The notes: generated by a model not told the origin, from the sequence alone. Positions 36,601 to 45,749 are shown, numbered from the stretch's first letter. The stretch is 64,000 nt of DNA from an uncultured bacterium (GCA_965541585.1 CBEUCH010000003.1:64001-128000); one strand, 5' to 3'. A program made the numbers and translations.

Positions 36601-37028
36601 CCTATGACACGCTATGGGCACAAAGGAACTGGTGGGGCAATCCTGTTGATCCCACGAAATTTTACACTGATGATCCTATAAACAAGGTAATTCGATGGTG
36701 GCCGCCCCTTCTACAGCAGCCGAAAATGGAAATAGGCCGACAGATTCCGTTAATGTTTTCCTTGCAACAGAACTACCCCAATCCGTTCAATCCCACGACT
36801 ACCATATCGTTTACGCTTGAGAAACCTGCTCATACCGTTATAACAATCTACAATATACTGGGGCAAAAAATCGCTACTCCAGTAAATGAATATCTTGGAA
36901 TCGGCGAACAAAGCGTATTCTGGAATGGCAGGAACAGTTCGGGCATTCGTGTATCATCGGGAGTGTATTTTTATACGATCGAATCGGGCGATCATTTCAA
37001 CTCAAAAAAGATGCTGTTACTACGATAG
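33687..37028 (+). CDS. Large secreted multidomain protein (putative glycoside-hydrolase-like barrel, beta-helix, T9SS-like C-terminal domain)
   Basis: Signal peptide, WYLRDEP motif, R.PT..E.R..Y..RGIVYW segment, PGEGRLF, V.GTL.A.GT..PGDWYGI, beta-helix repeats, NWWG, QNYPNPFNP..SSGVYFY..KKMLLLR. ATG 33687 follows an SD (ORF-track start 33669). Confidence 0.72.
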   Translation: MLRIFKIVITIIVISYAAYGIIRADNELPFGAWSSQHADKVDPYDDDMLTTLHDTLGFNVWNSGGFNEYQVGRWYDDGIMSIPVGIYADTNGILIDSLTEAHYKYSLAQYLIVQAEDESSDFRFKINNESTPDDTILVYSEPDAVMLDDLVFTQTRTEHALHGWQEEVLYTPYLKIGYLRESWTDSSDVLGRFRVIPTDDTTDVRLDTLITAGQLPSDSTLTLLELGEYTTWDTSWDLRNVRFQFIKPDSHTVMIDYFKVHCQEGDNLIDLGEYDDEIKESAARKAYEGKIHAWYLRDEPKPGHFSASGYVNSLIKQAMLDSLWDESNRVEGMQNFIIRNPGIKDFIRLADPNRLFLHLYPYLGGGDGTALVLYTGTTWFNGDDHPIGLQASLNYKIARQADTARGVISETSNSVVEWWYTAQAFASTDERWRAPTNSEFRCALYLGMCYQPRGIVYWKFDGTTSKPFSITDTNYEPTRLWTVIEDEINPYIKAIDSKYLDLTWEDAYYIGADSAMPAGWIDTIYATSNSSDPNPDLGWFHVGEFTEGSDKYIMLVNRACSQGEDDPTPAPSITATVKFDAGNLGWNYVYIIDIADSVDYVDYDSVAFWPDTTYSAKLNGTIPFTTVLGPGEGRLFKIVGTNQLNLIDTINTNYTYQGKIKVTADAVVPADSVMKIRGPAELHAYRCPTDSSGVDSFKVEIIVNGTLDAEGTASDSVFFISDTTPCGHPLLPDDPEPGDWYGIYFDEDADGTLEYCSIQYATYGIEMRKNSEVGITDCSIGNNSIAGVYNFGGSLDLANSTVSDNGTYGLFGYRAADSVYNTHFLDNESYGIKIEGTKLTNDSTFLLCDTLSYLSSPSQYGILVDKNDYIRIDQCKISGYDQGAIRLTSSDALISNSNFTSTVDYSTYYGIYAGNTSYPYVRSCLFDSVRIGVKVVTPAKPDLGIDSQGEYGNSSFLACSTFVHYSGLTPATYDTLWAQRNWWGNPVDPTKFYTDDPINKVIRWWPPLLQQPKMEIGRQIPLMFSLQQNYPNPFNPTTTISFTLEKPAHTVITIYNILGQKIATPVNEYLGIGEQSVFWNGRNSSGIRVSSGVYFYTIESGDHFNSKKMLLLR

Positions 37029-37037
37029 GAGGGAGAG

Positions 37038-37568
37038 ATGCGGTATTTGGCAATATCATTAATGGCCTTGATAATTGTCTCCCCGGCCATTAGCGCAGAG
37101 GTTACGGCGAATCTCGATCGTTGTGTGGTTTTAAACGCTGAAAACGATAATACAGCCGAAAGTAAAATAGCCATGCATTTTGCTTTACCTGAAGAAGTAT
37201 CCGAAAAAGAGGTTGTCTACGCTGAGATTTATATCCCGATACAGATACAGCGTCAAGATTCTGATTCCCTTTTCGAATTCCGCCTTTACCCCCTGCTATC
37301 GGGATGGTCGGAGGACGAAATTGATTTCGAAAACAGCGAGGATATCACCGACAGTTTGAGTGCGGGGGCCTATACCGTCATGCTGGGAGAGGCCAACGAG
37401 TTCCATATCGATATCACCTCTTTTGTCCGAGAAGCCACTGAAGGCGAACGGCCGAATCATGGATTGATAGCGATTGCGGATCTCCTCGGCGATGCTAATA
37501 TCAGGTTGCCTGAAAACCTTGACGGGCCTATTAGAACCTCAGCAAGGGTCAGGATCGTATATAAGTAG
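37038..37568 (+). CDS. Secreted DNRLRE/CBM96-like beta-sandwich protein
   Basis: Signal peptide, W.E..I pattern, and IDITSFVRE..GERPNHGLI motif. Confidence 0.55.
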   Translation: MRYLAISLMALIIVSPAISAEVTANLDRCVVLNAENDNTAESKIAMHFALPEEVSEKEVVYAEIYIPIQIQRQDSDSLFEFRLYPLLSGWSEDEIDFENSEDITDSLSAGAYTVMLGEANEFHIDITSFVREATEGERPNHGLIAIADLLGDANIRLPENLDGPIRTSARVRIVYK

Positions 37569-37714
37569 GCAAACAGTGTAAAACTTCTTTTACGCTTGGC
37601 CCGGGAGAGGGGCGGCTGTTTAAGATAGTTCAGACCTTGCAGCAATAGCGAGGCAGACAAAAGCCCCACGGTTTCGCTTTAAATCCATTTCAAAAAACTA
37701 TATAATCTCTATCG

Positions 37715-38374
37715 ATGGAGACTATCGTTGTCATCCCGGCCTACAATTCGGCCGAGGCGCTATCCTCGCTTCTGCCCGCCGTTAAAACTCATCTCCCGGA
37801 TATCGTGGTTATAGATGACGGCTCTGCAGATGAAACATCGCCCGTCTCTTCGCGAGAGGGTGTGAAAGTCATCAGGCATGAGGCCAACCGCGGAAAAGGT
37901 ACGGCGCTTAAAACCGGTTTCGCTTATGCGCTGGCAAACGGCTATGATCTTATCATCACCCTGGATTCCGACGGCCAGCATGATCCGAAATACATCCCAT
38001 CATTCTTGCAGGCTTACAATGAATCGGGAGCAGACCTGATAATCGGCTCTCGAATCCGAAATAAGGGCGATATGCCCTGGGACCGTCGGTTCTCCAACCG
38101 AGTTACATCCCGTATCCTGACTCTTATTCTAAGAAAAAGTATAGAGGACTCACAATGTGGTTATCGCCTTATCTCTCGAAGATTGTTGGAATCGATCAGC
38201 CTCGAATCGGAGAAATTCGAGCTGGAAACCGAAATAATCATAAAAGCGGTCCGAGCCGGCTTCGAAATCGATTTTCTTCCCCTCGTGGTAAAATATGAAA
38301 AATCCTTTCCGACACATATCAGCCGGTTTGCCGATACCCTGCGCTGGTGCCGCAAGGTCCTTGAGTTGAGCTGA
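37715..38374 (+). CDS. GT2 glycosyltransferase (DPM1-like)
   Basis: VIPAYN, IDDGS.D, NRGKG.ALKTG, LDSDGQHDP, IGSR, DSQCGYR, FELETE. Confidence 0.92.
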   Translation: METIVVIPAYNSAEALSSLLPAVKTHLPDIVVIDDGSADETSPVSSREGVKVIRHEANRGKGTALKTGFAYALANGYDLIITLDSDGQHDPKYIPSFLQAYNESGADLIIGSRIRNKGDMPWDRRFSNRVTSRILTLILRKSIEDSQCGYRLISRRLLESISLESEKFELETEIIIKAVRAGFEIDFLPLVVKYEKSFPTHISRFADTLRWCRKVLELS

Positions 38375-38418
38375 ACAAAACCCTTGCAGAGTTTCGAGCA
38401 TGGTCGTTAATTTGCCAT

Positions 38419-39177
38419 ATGCTGATACTCGTTTCCAACGACGACGGCTACCAATCGGCGGGAATCAAGGCTCTGGCCAGGAGCATGAGAAAACTCGGCC
38501 GGGTCGTCACCGTGGCGCCGATGTGGGAGCAATCCGGCACCAGCCATTCGCTGACTCTCTCTCGCCCCCTGCGAGCTAAAAAGATCTCACAGGACGTTTA
38601 CGCTGTTTCGGGTACTCCCACGGATGCCGTGATGATTGCCGTCTATTGCATTCTGAAGAAAAAACCCGATATCCTGATTTCAGGGATCAACCATGGACCG
38701 AATCTGGGGGATGATGTCACATACTCCGGTACGGTGGCTGCGGCAATGGAGGGCACCATTCTCGATATCCCGTCTATAGCAATTTCCCAGACGTTAACGA
38801 ACCAGGTGAGCGCCTCTATCGGCAGGCGATTCGATAAGGCCGCCCGCTTCGCCGCCAGGTTGACAAAAGCCATCATGCAATATGGACTTCCCGAGGGGAT
38901 TTTGCTTAACGTGAACGTCCCCGACGGCAAAAAGGCCGATGCCCGACGTTTCAGGATAACCCGTTTAGGCAAAAGAGAATACCGTGACGTTATCACCGAG
39001 AAAATAGACCCGCGAGGTGAGCCATATTTCTGGATCGCAGGCCATTATATAGTCACTGACAAGGGCCCTGATACCGACTACGGCGCCATTCAAAATAACT
39101 ATATCTCTGTGACTCCCATGGACATAGATCTTACAAGCATAGAATCCCACGACAATATGAAAAAATGGAAGATATAG
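38419..39177 (+). CDS. surE: 5'/3'-nucleotidase SurE
   Basis: ILVSNDDG..GI.AL, VAP..EQSG.SHS, GTP.D.V, SGINHG.NLG.DV.YSGTVAAAMEG, NVNVP, DPRG.PY.W, S.TP. Confidence 0.97.
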   Translation: MLILVSNDDGYQSAGIKALARSMRKLGRVVTVAPMWEQSGTSHSLTLSRPLRAKKISQDVYAVSGTPTDAVMIAVYCILKKKPDILISGINHGPNLGDDVTYSGTVAAAMEGTILDIPSIAISQTLTNQVSASIGRRFDKAARFAARLTKAIMQYGLPEGILLNVNVPDGKKADARRFRITRLGKREYRDVITEKIDPRGEPYFWIAGHYIVTDKGPDTDYGAIQNNYISVTPMDIDLTSIESHDNMKKWKI

Positions 39178-39300
39178 CTATCGGTTATAATAGATAAGAT
39201 TGTCCTTTCTCTCTGGATGAAACCTATAAGAAATGGCCTGGATTACTATTATATGAAACAAGTTAGTGAGGATTGCGTAGTTAAATACCGGAGGTGAAAT

Positions 39301-40761
39301 ATGTATCGGAGGGTTGTTTTAATAGTATTCGGGGTCTTGGTTACCTTCTCGGTAATTTATGCCCTGATGGATCGCAAAAAGGTAACGACGTCCTCGGACG
39401 AAGCATATAGAGCCTATCTCAAAGGAGAGGAATTAACCCATAAGCTTTATACAAAAGAGGCTCTGCAGGAGTTTGAAAAAGCCGTCAAGCTCGATTCGGA
39501 ATTCGCTATGGCATACGCAAGGATGGCCTGGCTTTATAAGGAATTCGGCCGCAAGGATGAGTACTTAGTGGCTAAAGAGAAGGCCCTTTCCCTTCTCGAT
39601 GACATAAAAGAAATAGAAAATATCCGGATTCAAATCGGGTTTGCCGAAGCTGACGGTAAATGGGATAAAGCAGAAAAATATATTAGTATGCTTATGGAGA
39701 AATTCCCTGAAAGTTTAGAGGCGCATAATACTCTGGCGCACCGGCTCTGGCGCAGAGACCAGATTGACAGTTCCATAACAGAGTTCTGGAAGGTGCTGGA
39801 TATCGATCCCGGCAATGCCCCGGCCTACAACATGCTCGGGTATCTATATTACTTTAGAGGGGAATATGACAAGGCTATAGAGTATATAAATGAGTATTCG
39901 ACAATGGCCCGCGATCAGGCAAATCCCCATGACTCCCACGGAGAAATATTGCTCTGGCTCGGTAGATACGATGAGGCTCTGAGGCAATTCCAGATAGCTG
40001 ACAGTATCAAGCCCGATCTATTTTTCGTTATAGGTCATATGGGTCAGGTTTACATGGCCAAGGGGATGTTTCGTGATGCCATCGGGGCCCTTCTCAGGGC
40101 AGGAGAACTGGCGACAGGCGAATCCGGCCGGATCGATAATGAATTGAGGCTCGCCGACTGCTACCTATTCTCAGGTCGGCCGGACGATGCTATAGGAGTG
40201 TTAGAGGAAGCTGTTGCGAGATCGCCAGAATCGAAGAGCCTTCATGCCCTTCTGGGGAGAATCTACGCTCTCGAGGGCAGAGTTGAAGAGGCCTTCGTCG
40301 AGCTCGGTACGCTAAAGGGAATAACTACGGAATACATTAAGAATAGGGCTCCCGATGATACAACGACAGCCAAAATGCCTATAGATCAGAGGCGCGTGGA
40401 GGCGCAGATCGCAGTCGCCAAAGGTGAATACGATAAGGCAATAGCTCTTTATAAAGAAGCCTTACCGGAGATACGCCTTCCATCCAGGCAATATTATGCT
40501 CATCTTCTAGCGGACACATATGTAATGGCCGGGATGCCTGACAGAGCCATCTCGGTATTGATGGAGTCTCTTAAGGATAATCCTAATTATCCTCTTTCCC
40601 TGATTACGCTCGCCGAGGCATATAAGGCCATGGGGCAGGCAAAAGCGCAAAGGGAAGCGCTTAATCGTCTCTTGGCAATCCTGAAAGATGCCGATGAGGA
40701 AATCCCGACTGTTCAGGAGGCCTTAGCTGAAATAAAAAGGATCGACGAGGTGATTCCTTAG
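39301..40761 (+). CDS. Membrane-anchored or exported TPR protein
   Basis: N-terminal hydrophobic segment, TTSSDEAYRAYLKG, AVKLDSEFAMAY, multiple TPRs, LKDAD near the C-terminus. Confidence 0.82.
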   Translation: MYRRVVLIVFGVLVTFSVIYALMDRKKVTTSSDEAYRAYLKGEELTHKLYTKEALQEFEKAVKLDSEFAMAYARMAWLYKEFGRKDEYLVAKEKALSLLDDIKEIENIRIQIGFAEADGKWDKAEKYISMLMEKFPESLEAHNTLAHRLWRRDQIDSSITEFWKVLDIDPGNAPAYNMLGYLYYFRGEYDKAIEYINEYSTMARDQANPHDSHGEILLWLGRYDEALRQFQIADSIKPDLFFVIGHMGQVYMAKGMFRDAIGALLRAGELATGESGRIDNELRLADCYLFSGRPDDAIGVLEEAVARSPESKSLHALLGRIYALEGRVEEAFVELGTLKGITTEYIKNRAPDDTTTAKMPIDQRRVEAQIAVAKGEYDKAIALYKEALPEIRLPSRQYYAHLLADTYVMAGMPDRAISVLMESLKDNPNYPLSLITLAEAYKAMGQAKAQREALNRLLAILKDADEEIPTVQEALAEIKRIDEVIP

Positions 40762-41035
40762 CGTGGCGGTTCCTGATTGTAAGATATTTCCTTTCTTAGT
40801 ATAGCCCGGTATCACAAGCTCCACTGTATCAACGATATCGAAGATATCACTAACTATGGCCAGGCGATAATTATAGGATTCTTAAGTATTGGTCGAGGCA
40901 AAATAGCGAATATATTTGTGTTTGCATTGGATTATCTTATTACCGGGGCTGATTCAAGCGCATCCATTTCTTGATGCATTTATTATCGCATTCAATAGTC
41001 TGGCCTTGACTTTGATCTTACCGCCTTAAATAATA

Positions 41036-42613
41036 GTGAGGAAAATGCTCTCTGCACGGTTTCTCAGACAATCGCTGGTAACTGCCTCGGTTATCACGAT
41101 CACGGCCAATATGCTAAGCAGGGTATTCGGTTATTTTCGTGAGGCCTCTATTGCCAATTATTTTGGCACCAGCTCGATTTTCGATACTTTCATTCTGGCT
41201 TTTACCATACCTGAGCTTGTAGCTGCCATAATTTTTACTGCCATGCCGGTAGCATTGTTGCCTGCGTTGAAGAAGATGCCACAGTGTTCTTCTGATGATG
41301 ATTCTAAAGCGTTTTGGTCGGGTTTAATAACTTTATCCCTTTTGTTTGCCGTAATTTCGATTTTGATTTTCGCCTTTCGAGGAGAAATTCTCAGGTGGCT
41401 GGCTCCCCAGCTCTCACCTGAACATTTTCCTAAAGGAACGCGTTTTCTAGCCATCTTATCGTTGTTTGTTATATTCAGGGGGATGGAAGCTTATTTCCGA
41501 AGTTGGCTTTTTGCAAAGAAACATTTCATAATACCAGCATTTTCCGGTATTGCATTGAATATTGTGATATTGGCGTCCCTGTTCTTATTCTATGATAAGT
41601 TTGACATTGAGACTTTGGCCTACGGCTGGCTGGGGGCATCAATCATTCTTTTTACGCTTAATGGTATAGCGGCGTTTTATGTTGTGCGACCGGGTTGTTG
41701 GACGATGATAAACAATCCCTGGCTAAAGATCCTCTTTCAATCGTTGTTTGCTATCGCCGCTTTGGAGAGCATATCACTTATATTCCCCTTGATCGATAGA
41801 TATCTGGCGGCGAAATGGCTGGGTCCGGGGCAGATTGCGGCTCTCAGATATGCCAGTATATTGATTCAGATTCCCACAGGCATATTTGTTGTGGCTCTTA
41901 ATGTGGCATCATTCCCGTGGATAACTGATTATTCTATTCCTGGTAAAATCGACAATCTTAAAGAGTTATATGAAGAAAGTTTTACTCTCCTCTTCTTCTC
42001 TCTCGGATTCACATCTCTGGCGATTTTGTTTTTTTCCACGGAGGTAGTAAGTGTGGCATTTCTGAGAGGCGCATTCGATAAGACCTCGTTAGAATTAACT
42101 GGCGCGCCATTACGGTTTTATGCGATGGCAGCGGTGTTTCATTCAATATATATATTTCAGATGAGATTCTTTTACGCTCGCTCAGCCTTTAAGAGGCTGG
42201 GAGTGATTCTTTTGATAAAACTCTTTATTAAACTTGTTCTTAGTATTCTGTTGATTGGCCCCATGGAACACAGCGGGCTGGCATTAGCGACGGCGATATC
42301 GTGGTTGTGTGCTTTTCTAATTATGACCTTTGACCTCCATCGGAATCTAAATATTTCAACCGGAAAACTCATATCATCGTCACCGCTAAGAACGGTGATT
42401 TTGCTGGGCGTTGTAGCGACGTTCTGGCTAATACTTAAGGAAATATGGCCCGGGGATGGAATTTCCAGTCTATATATGCTATTATTTCAATTGGGATTAG
42501 TAATCTTTTCGGGAGCCATTTTATATTTCGGATTAGGATTATTGCTTCGGATGCCTGAGCCAAAACGAATTCTCAATATTCTTTTGTTTAAATCATCGCG
42601 CAGGATGCATTAA
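41036..42613 (+). CDS. MurJ/MviN-like lipid-linked glycan flippase
   Basis: LSRVFGYFRE..A.YFG, D.F..AF.IP, IDRYLA, L.YA..L.Q.P.GIF, F.RGAFD, GLALATAI, and many transmembrane segments. An alternative start is ATG 41045. Confidence 0.85.
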   Translation: MRKMLSARFLRQSLVTASVITITANMLSRVFGYFREASIANYFGTSSIFDTFILAFTIPELVAAIIFTAMPVALLPALKKMPQCSSDDDSKAFWSGLITLSLLFAVISILIFAFRGEILRWLAPQLSPEHFPKGTRFLAILSLFVIFRGMEAYFRSWLFAKKHFIIPAFSGIALNIVILASLFLFYDKFDIETLAYGWLGASIILFTLNGIAAFYVVRPGCWTMINNPWLKILFQSLFAIAALESISLIFPLIDRYLAAKWLGPGQIAALRYASILIQIPTGIFVVALNVASFPWITDYSIPGKIDNLKELYEESFTLLFFSLGFTSLAILFFSTEVVSVAFLRGAFDKTSLELTGAPLRFYAMAAVFHSIYIFQMRFFYARSAFKRLGVILLIKLFIKLVLSILLIGPMEHSGLALATAISWLCAFLIMTFDLHRNLNISTGKLISSSPLRTVILLGVVATFWLILKEIWPGDGISSLYMLLFQLGLVIFSGAILYFGLGLLLRMPEPKRILNILLFKSSRRMH

Positions 42614-42703
42614 GGGTTCTAAAGCCAGATATGTGGCTTTCAAGAGGAATCGTCGCCGGCATCCCTTGCAGTTCCGCCATAGCTGTCTGTTGCCCTGACA
42701 CAG

Positions 42704-43927
42704 TCAATCGGCCAATGATGTCCTGAGGATCTCTACGGTTTGCGTGGCTCTAATCTCTGTTGAGTTCAAACGAGCCGTTTCCATCCTTTTTTTTATAAGT
42801 AGTTCATTATCCTCCATAATAGCATGCCCGATCAGCGCAATAAATTCAGAATTGTTCCGCGCTATATAGGCTGCATTTCCCAGATGTCTGATAGCGGGGA
42901 AATCTGTTGAAACGATAGGTTTCCCGGCAGCAAGGTATTGAAATATCTTGTTGGGGAAACTATTTTTCATCCACTCGTTTATGCGGAACGGCATTATGCA
43001 TACGTCGAGTCCCTTGAGATAGGCAGGAAGTAATTCGTAGTCTCTAAATCCCAGAAAATATATATTTTGTAACAATTTCAATTCTCTGTATGGTGTGCTC
43101 TTAACGAAATTTCTTGCTCCATTTTCCCGGCCGATCAGTACAATAGAAATATCCGGCCGCTCCCGCGCCAGCTGCTTCACCAGATCGATGTCTGTTAGTT
43201 CGTTTATATTGCCTACAAAGCCTATGCGGGGCGAGGCAATCGATTTTAAATCGCCCGGTATATTCAGATTCAGGCGACGGGCTGATGCAAAATGCCTGTA
43301 ATCGGCGCTATTGGCTACATAATGAGTGTTAGTAAATCGTTTGCTCCTGCTTTTACGCAGCTCTTCTGAGGAGGCGAATACTATATCTACGGCTCCCAGA
43401 ATCTTATTCTCGATGCTAAGTGCTTTTCTTGTACGTTTTGCGCTAAGATCGATTTTGGCTTCGGAAGGATAGACGAGATATTCGTCCGTTACTTCATAAC
43501 ATCTCTTGGCGGCCGGTACTAAGTCGGTCACATAATGCTGGTGGATTTTGAAAACGAATGAAATCATGTTCTTGAATCGCAGGTCGAGTTTTCTTATCGC
43601 CCGGCGCAGCTGGTATTTTATCAAAATACGATCTATACTGGCAAGCCAGGGAATTCGATATCCTGCCCCAAATGTTACCAGCGATAGGGGGCGGAAAAAG
43701 AGAATGCCGCCTTCTCCCTTCCTGATTCTCGCCCGGTTGATGATGATATGGTATAATCGGCCGGGATGTAACCAGAACATAAGAATTCCTGCGGGAGGTT
43801 CGATAGCCAGCACAGGATGCAATGCCGCCATCGCGAGCCAGCGAGGGCGCCGGGAATATAAACGCCACTCCAGAGGTAAAAATATGAGAAATAAAAATTC
43901 TTTGCTGCTGCTTTTCACTGCTGACAT
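42704..43927 (-). CDS. GT-B fold glycosyltransferase (TuaH-like / GT4-related)
   Basis: RRPR.LA, YEVTDE, DIVFASS, NSADY.HF, IGFVG.I, L.NIYFLG, DVCIMPF, PNKIFQYLAAGKPIVST. ATG 43927 has SD GGAGG (ORF-track start 43999). Confidence 0.85.
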   Translation of the reverse strand: MSAVKSSSKEFLFLIFLPLEWRLYSRRPRWLAMAALHPVLAIEPPAGILMFWLHPGRLYHIIINRARIRKGEGGILFFRPLSLVTFGAGYRIPWLASIDRILIKYQLRRAIRKLDLRFKNMISFVFKIHQHYVTDLVPAAKRCYEVTDEYLVYPSEAKIDLSAKRTRKALSIENKILGAVDIVFASSEELRKSRSKRFTNTHYVANSADYRHFASARRLNLNIPGDLKSIASPRIGFVGNINELTDIDLVKQLARERPDISIVLIGRENGARNFVKSTPYRELKLLQNIYFLGFRDYELLPAYLKGLDVCIMPFRINEWMKNSFPNKIFQYLAAGKPIVSTDFPAIRHLGNAAYIARNNSEFIALIGHAIMEDNELLIKKRMETARLNSTEIRATQTVEILRTSLAD

Positions 43928-44149
43928 CGAACGTGCCTCCAGAAAAATAAGCGCCGGGTTGCCAGCCTGCGTATGCTTGGTAAGCGCGGGATACAGCAAT
44001 TAAAGCGTCTGAAGATTTTCATTTCCGATTCCAGAGAATTACACAATGTTTTAAGCTATCATTCTGCGGAGTAATAGTCAACTATTAAACCCTCGATTTA
44101 ATGAAATATGATTCTCGAAATCTCGTTATTGGACATTGAAAGAAAGTAA

Positions 44150-44177
44150 TTGACTTTGAGCGAAGCTGCCATATATT
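44150..44177 (+). promoter_or_regulatory. sigma70-like promoter of tRNA-Glu
   Basis: TTGACT-N16-TATATT ending 13 nt before the tRNA. Confidence 0.55.
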
Positions 44178-44190
44178 CGCCTCGGTCGAT

Positions 44191-44268
44191 GTCCCCATCG
44201 TCTAGCCTGGTCTAGGACACCGCCCTTTCACGGCGGCGGCAGGGGTTCAAATCCCCTTGGGGACGCCA
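44191..44268 (+). tRNA. tRNA-Glu(TTC)
   Basis: Acceptor stem GTCCCCA/TGGGGAC, anticodon arm CCGCC-CT TTC AC-GGCGG, T loop GGTTCAAATCC, encoded CCA. Confidence 0.97.
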
Positions 44269-44294
44269 GAAGTATCTTGGAAGATAGTGATTTT

Positions 44295-44756
44295 ATGGTC
44301 TCATTTCTGAAAAGACTGATTGACACCAACCAGCGCCAGGCCGCTGAGGAAATCAGCCATGCTGATATTCAAACCAAGCTCCGGATTGCAACCTGCGCTA
44401 TCTTAGTCGAGATAGCCAATTCCGATGATGAATTCACCGACGACGAGAGAGTCAGGATTGTCGAAGCGCTGTCTGAGAAATTCGATCTTTCAGATGATGA
44501 GGCCCACGAACTGATCGAGATTGCCCAGGAGAGGATCAAAGAAAGTATCGATATCTGGAGTTTCACGAAAACCATAAATGAGGTTTTCACCGAGGATCAG
44601 AAAATCAGGGTTTTGGAAACGATCTGGAAGGTAATCTATGCCGATGGTGAGCTAAGCCAGCACGAAGATTCCCTGGTTCATAAGCTGTCTTATCTATTGG
44701 GGTTGAAGCATAAGCAGCTCATAGACGCCAAACTGAAAGCACTGGGAAAGAAGTAA
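44295..44756 (+). CDS. TerB-family (tellurite resistance-like) protein
   Basis: ATCAILVEIANSD.EF..E, FDLS..EA.EL, FT..IN, LETIW.V.YADG.L..HE..L. Confidence 0.85.
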   Translation: MVSFLKRLIDTNQRQAAEEISHADIQTKLRIATCAILVEIANSDDEFTDDERVRIVEALSEKFDLSDDEAHELIEIAQERIKESIDIWSFTKTINEVFTEDQKIRVLETIWKVIYADGELSQHEDSLVHKLSYLLGLKHKQLIDAKLKALGKK

Positions 44757-44837
44757 TTTCCCATTATCCGGCACTTTTCCATAAAAACAGTCATAGTCAG
44801 GCTCCGGAAAAGGCAAAGACAATTATTTATAAAACGT

Positions 44838-44865
44838 TTGACTGGAGCACGAGGCTCGCTATAAT
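44838..44865 (+). promoter_or_regulatory. sigma70-like promoter of the citryl-CoA lyase gene
   Basis: TTGACT-N16-TATAAT. Confidence 0.65.
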
Positions 44866-44918
44866 TGATTCGGTAGAATGTGGAATATGGAAACCACCAG
44901 ATAAGCGAGGGTAGCTCC

Positions 44919-45686
44919 ATGTCTGACGATAAATCAAAAACCAATATTACGAGCATAGAGTCCGGAAAGATTCGTATCAAGGGTTATGACATAGTTGATC
45001 TCATGGGCAGGAAAAGCTTCTCGGACATCGTCTTTTTAGTTTTGAAGGGGGAGTTGCCTTCGCCGGCCGAGGCTAAGATGATGGACGCGATTCTTGCCAG
45101 CTCTGTCGATCATGGCGTTACGCCGCCCTCGTCTCTGGCGACACGAACCGTAGTCTCCGGTGGAAACCCGCTCAACGCGGCTGTTGCCGGTGGAATCCTG
45201 ACGATAGGCGATACTCATGGAGGAGCCATCGAGCAATGTGCCCGGATACTGCAGGAATGGGCGCCGCGACAAGGCGATGGGAATAGTATCGCGCAGGAGC
45301 TATTAGACGATCTCTCGTCACGCAAGATGCGGATGCCCGGTTTCGGACATCGGCTTCACAAGACCGATCCCCGAACCACCAGGCTGTTTGAGATGGCGGA
45401 CCAACTCGATTTCTCCGGTAAGCATCAAAAACTTGCCAGGGCAGTGGAAAAGGCCTTCGCTGAAAAAGGGAAGGCCCTCCCCATAAATGTGGATGGCGCC
45501 ATAGCGGCGGTCATATCCGACATGGGATTCGACTGGAGGCTGGGCAAGGGCTTTTTCATCATATCGCGCACAGTCGGGCTTGTGGCCCAGGCATACGAGG
45601 AAAGAACTCGCGAAAAGCCGATGAGAAGGCTCGGTCTTGAGAATTATGAGTACGATGGCCCTGCACCCCGGAGATTGAACAGTTGA
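44919..45686 (+). CDS. Citryl-CoA lyase (short citrate synthase family protein)
   Basis: IRIKGYD..DL.G..SF, DHG.TPPS, HGGA.E, PGFGHR.H..DPR, LPINVDGAIA, R..GL.A..EE. About 255 aa from ATG 44919. Confidence 0.85.
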   Translation: MSDDKSKTNITSIESGKIRIKGYDIVDLMGRKSFSDIVFLVLKGELPSPAEAKMMDAILASSVDHGVTPPSSLATRTVVSGGNPLNAAVAGGILTIGDTHGGAIEQCARILQEWAPRQGDGNSIAQELLDDLSSRKMRMPGFGHRLHKTDPRTTRLFEMADQLDFSGKHQKLARAVEKAFAEKGKALPINVDGAIAAVISDMGFDWRLGKGFFIISRTVGLVAQAYEERTREKPMRRLGLENYEYDGPAPRRLNS

Positions 45687-45695
45687 TATTTTAAC

Positions 45696-45723
45696 TTGAC
45701 ACCATAATGAATTGGCATATATT
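45696..45723 (+). promoter_or_regulatory. sigma70-like promoter of the atp operon
   Basis: TTGACA-N16-TATATT. Confidence 0.6.
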
Positions 45724-45749
45724 CACGAACTGTTTTGAGATGAGGAATC

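Noticed and set aside
37600..37670. Structured RNA after the secreted-protein block
   Set aside because: Only short imperfect stems (CCTTGC/GCGAGG, GGGGC/GCCCC) are present, which is too weak to call.
26008..37714. Integrative element at tRNA-Pro
   Set aside because: No integrase, transposase or phage genes, and I found no repeat of the tRNA 3' end at the far side by eye.
45705..45730. Rex-like site at the atp promoter
   Set aside because: Only a right half-site (TTCACGA) is present, and the left half does not match.
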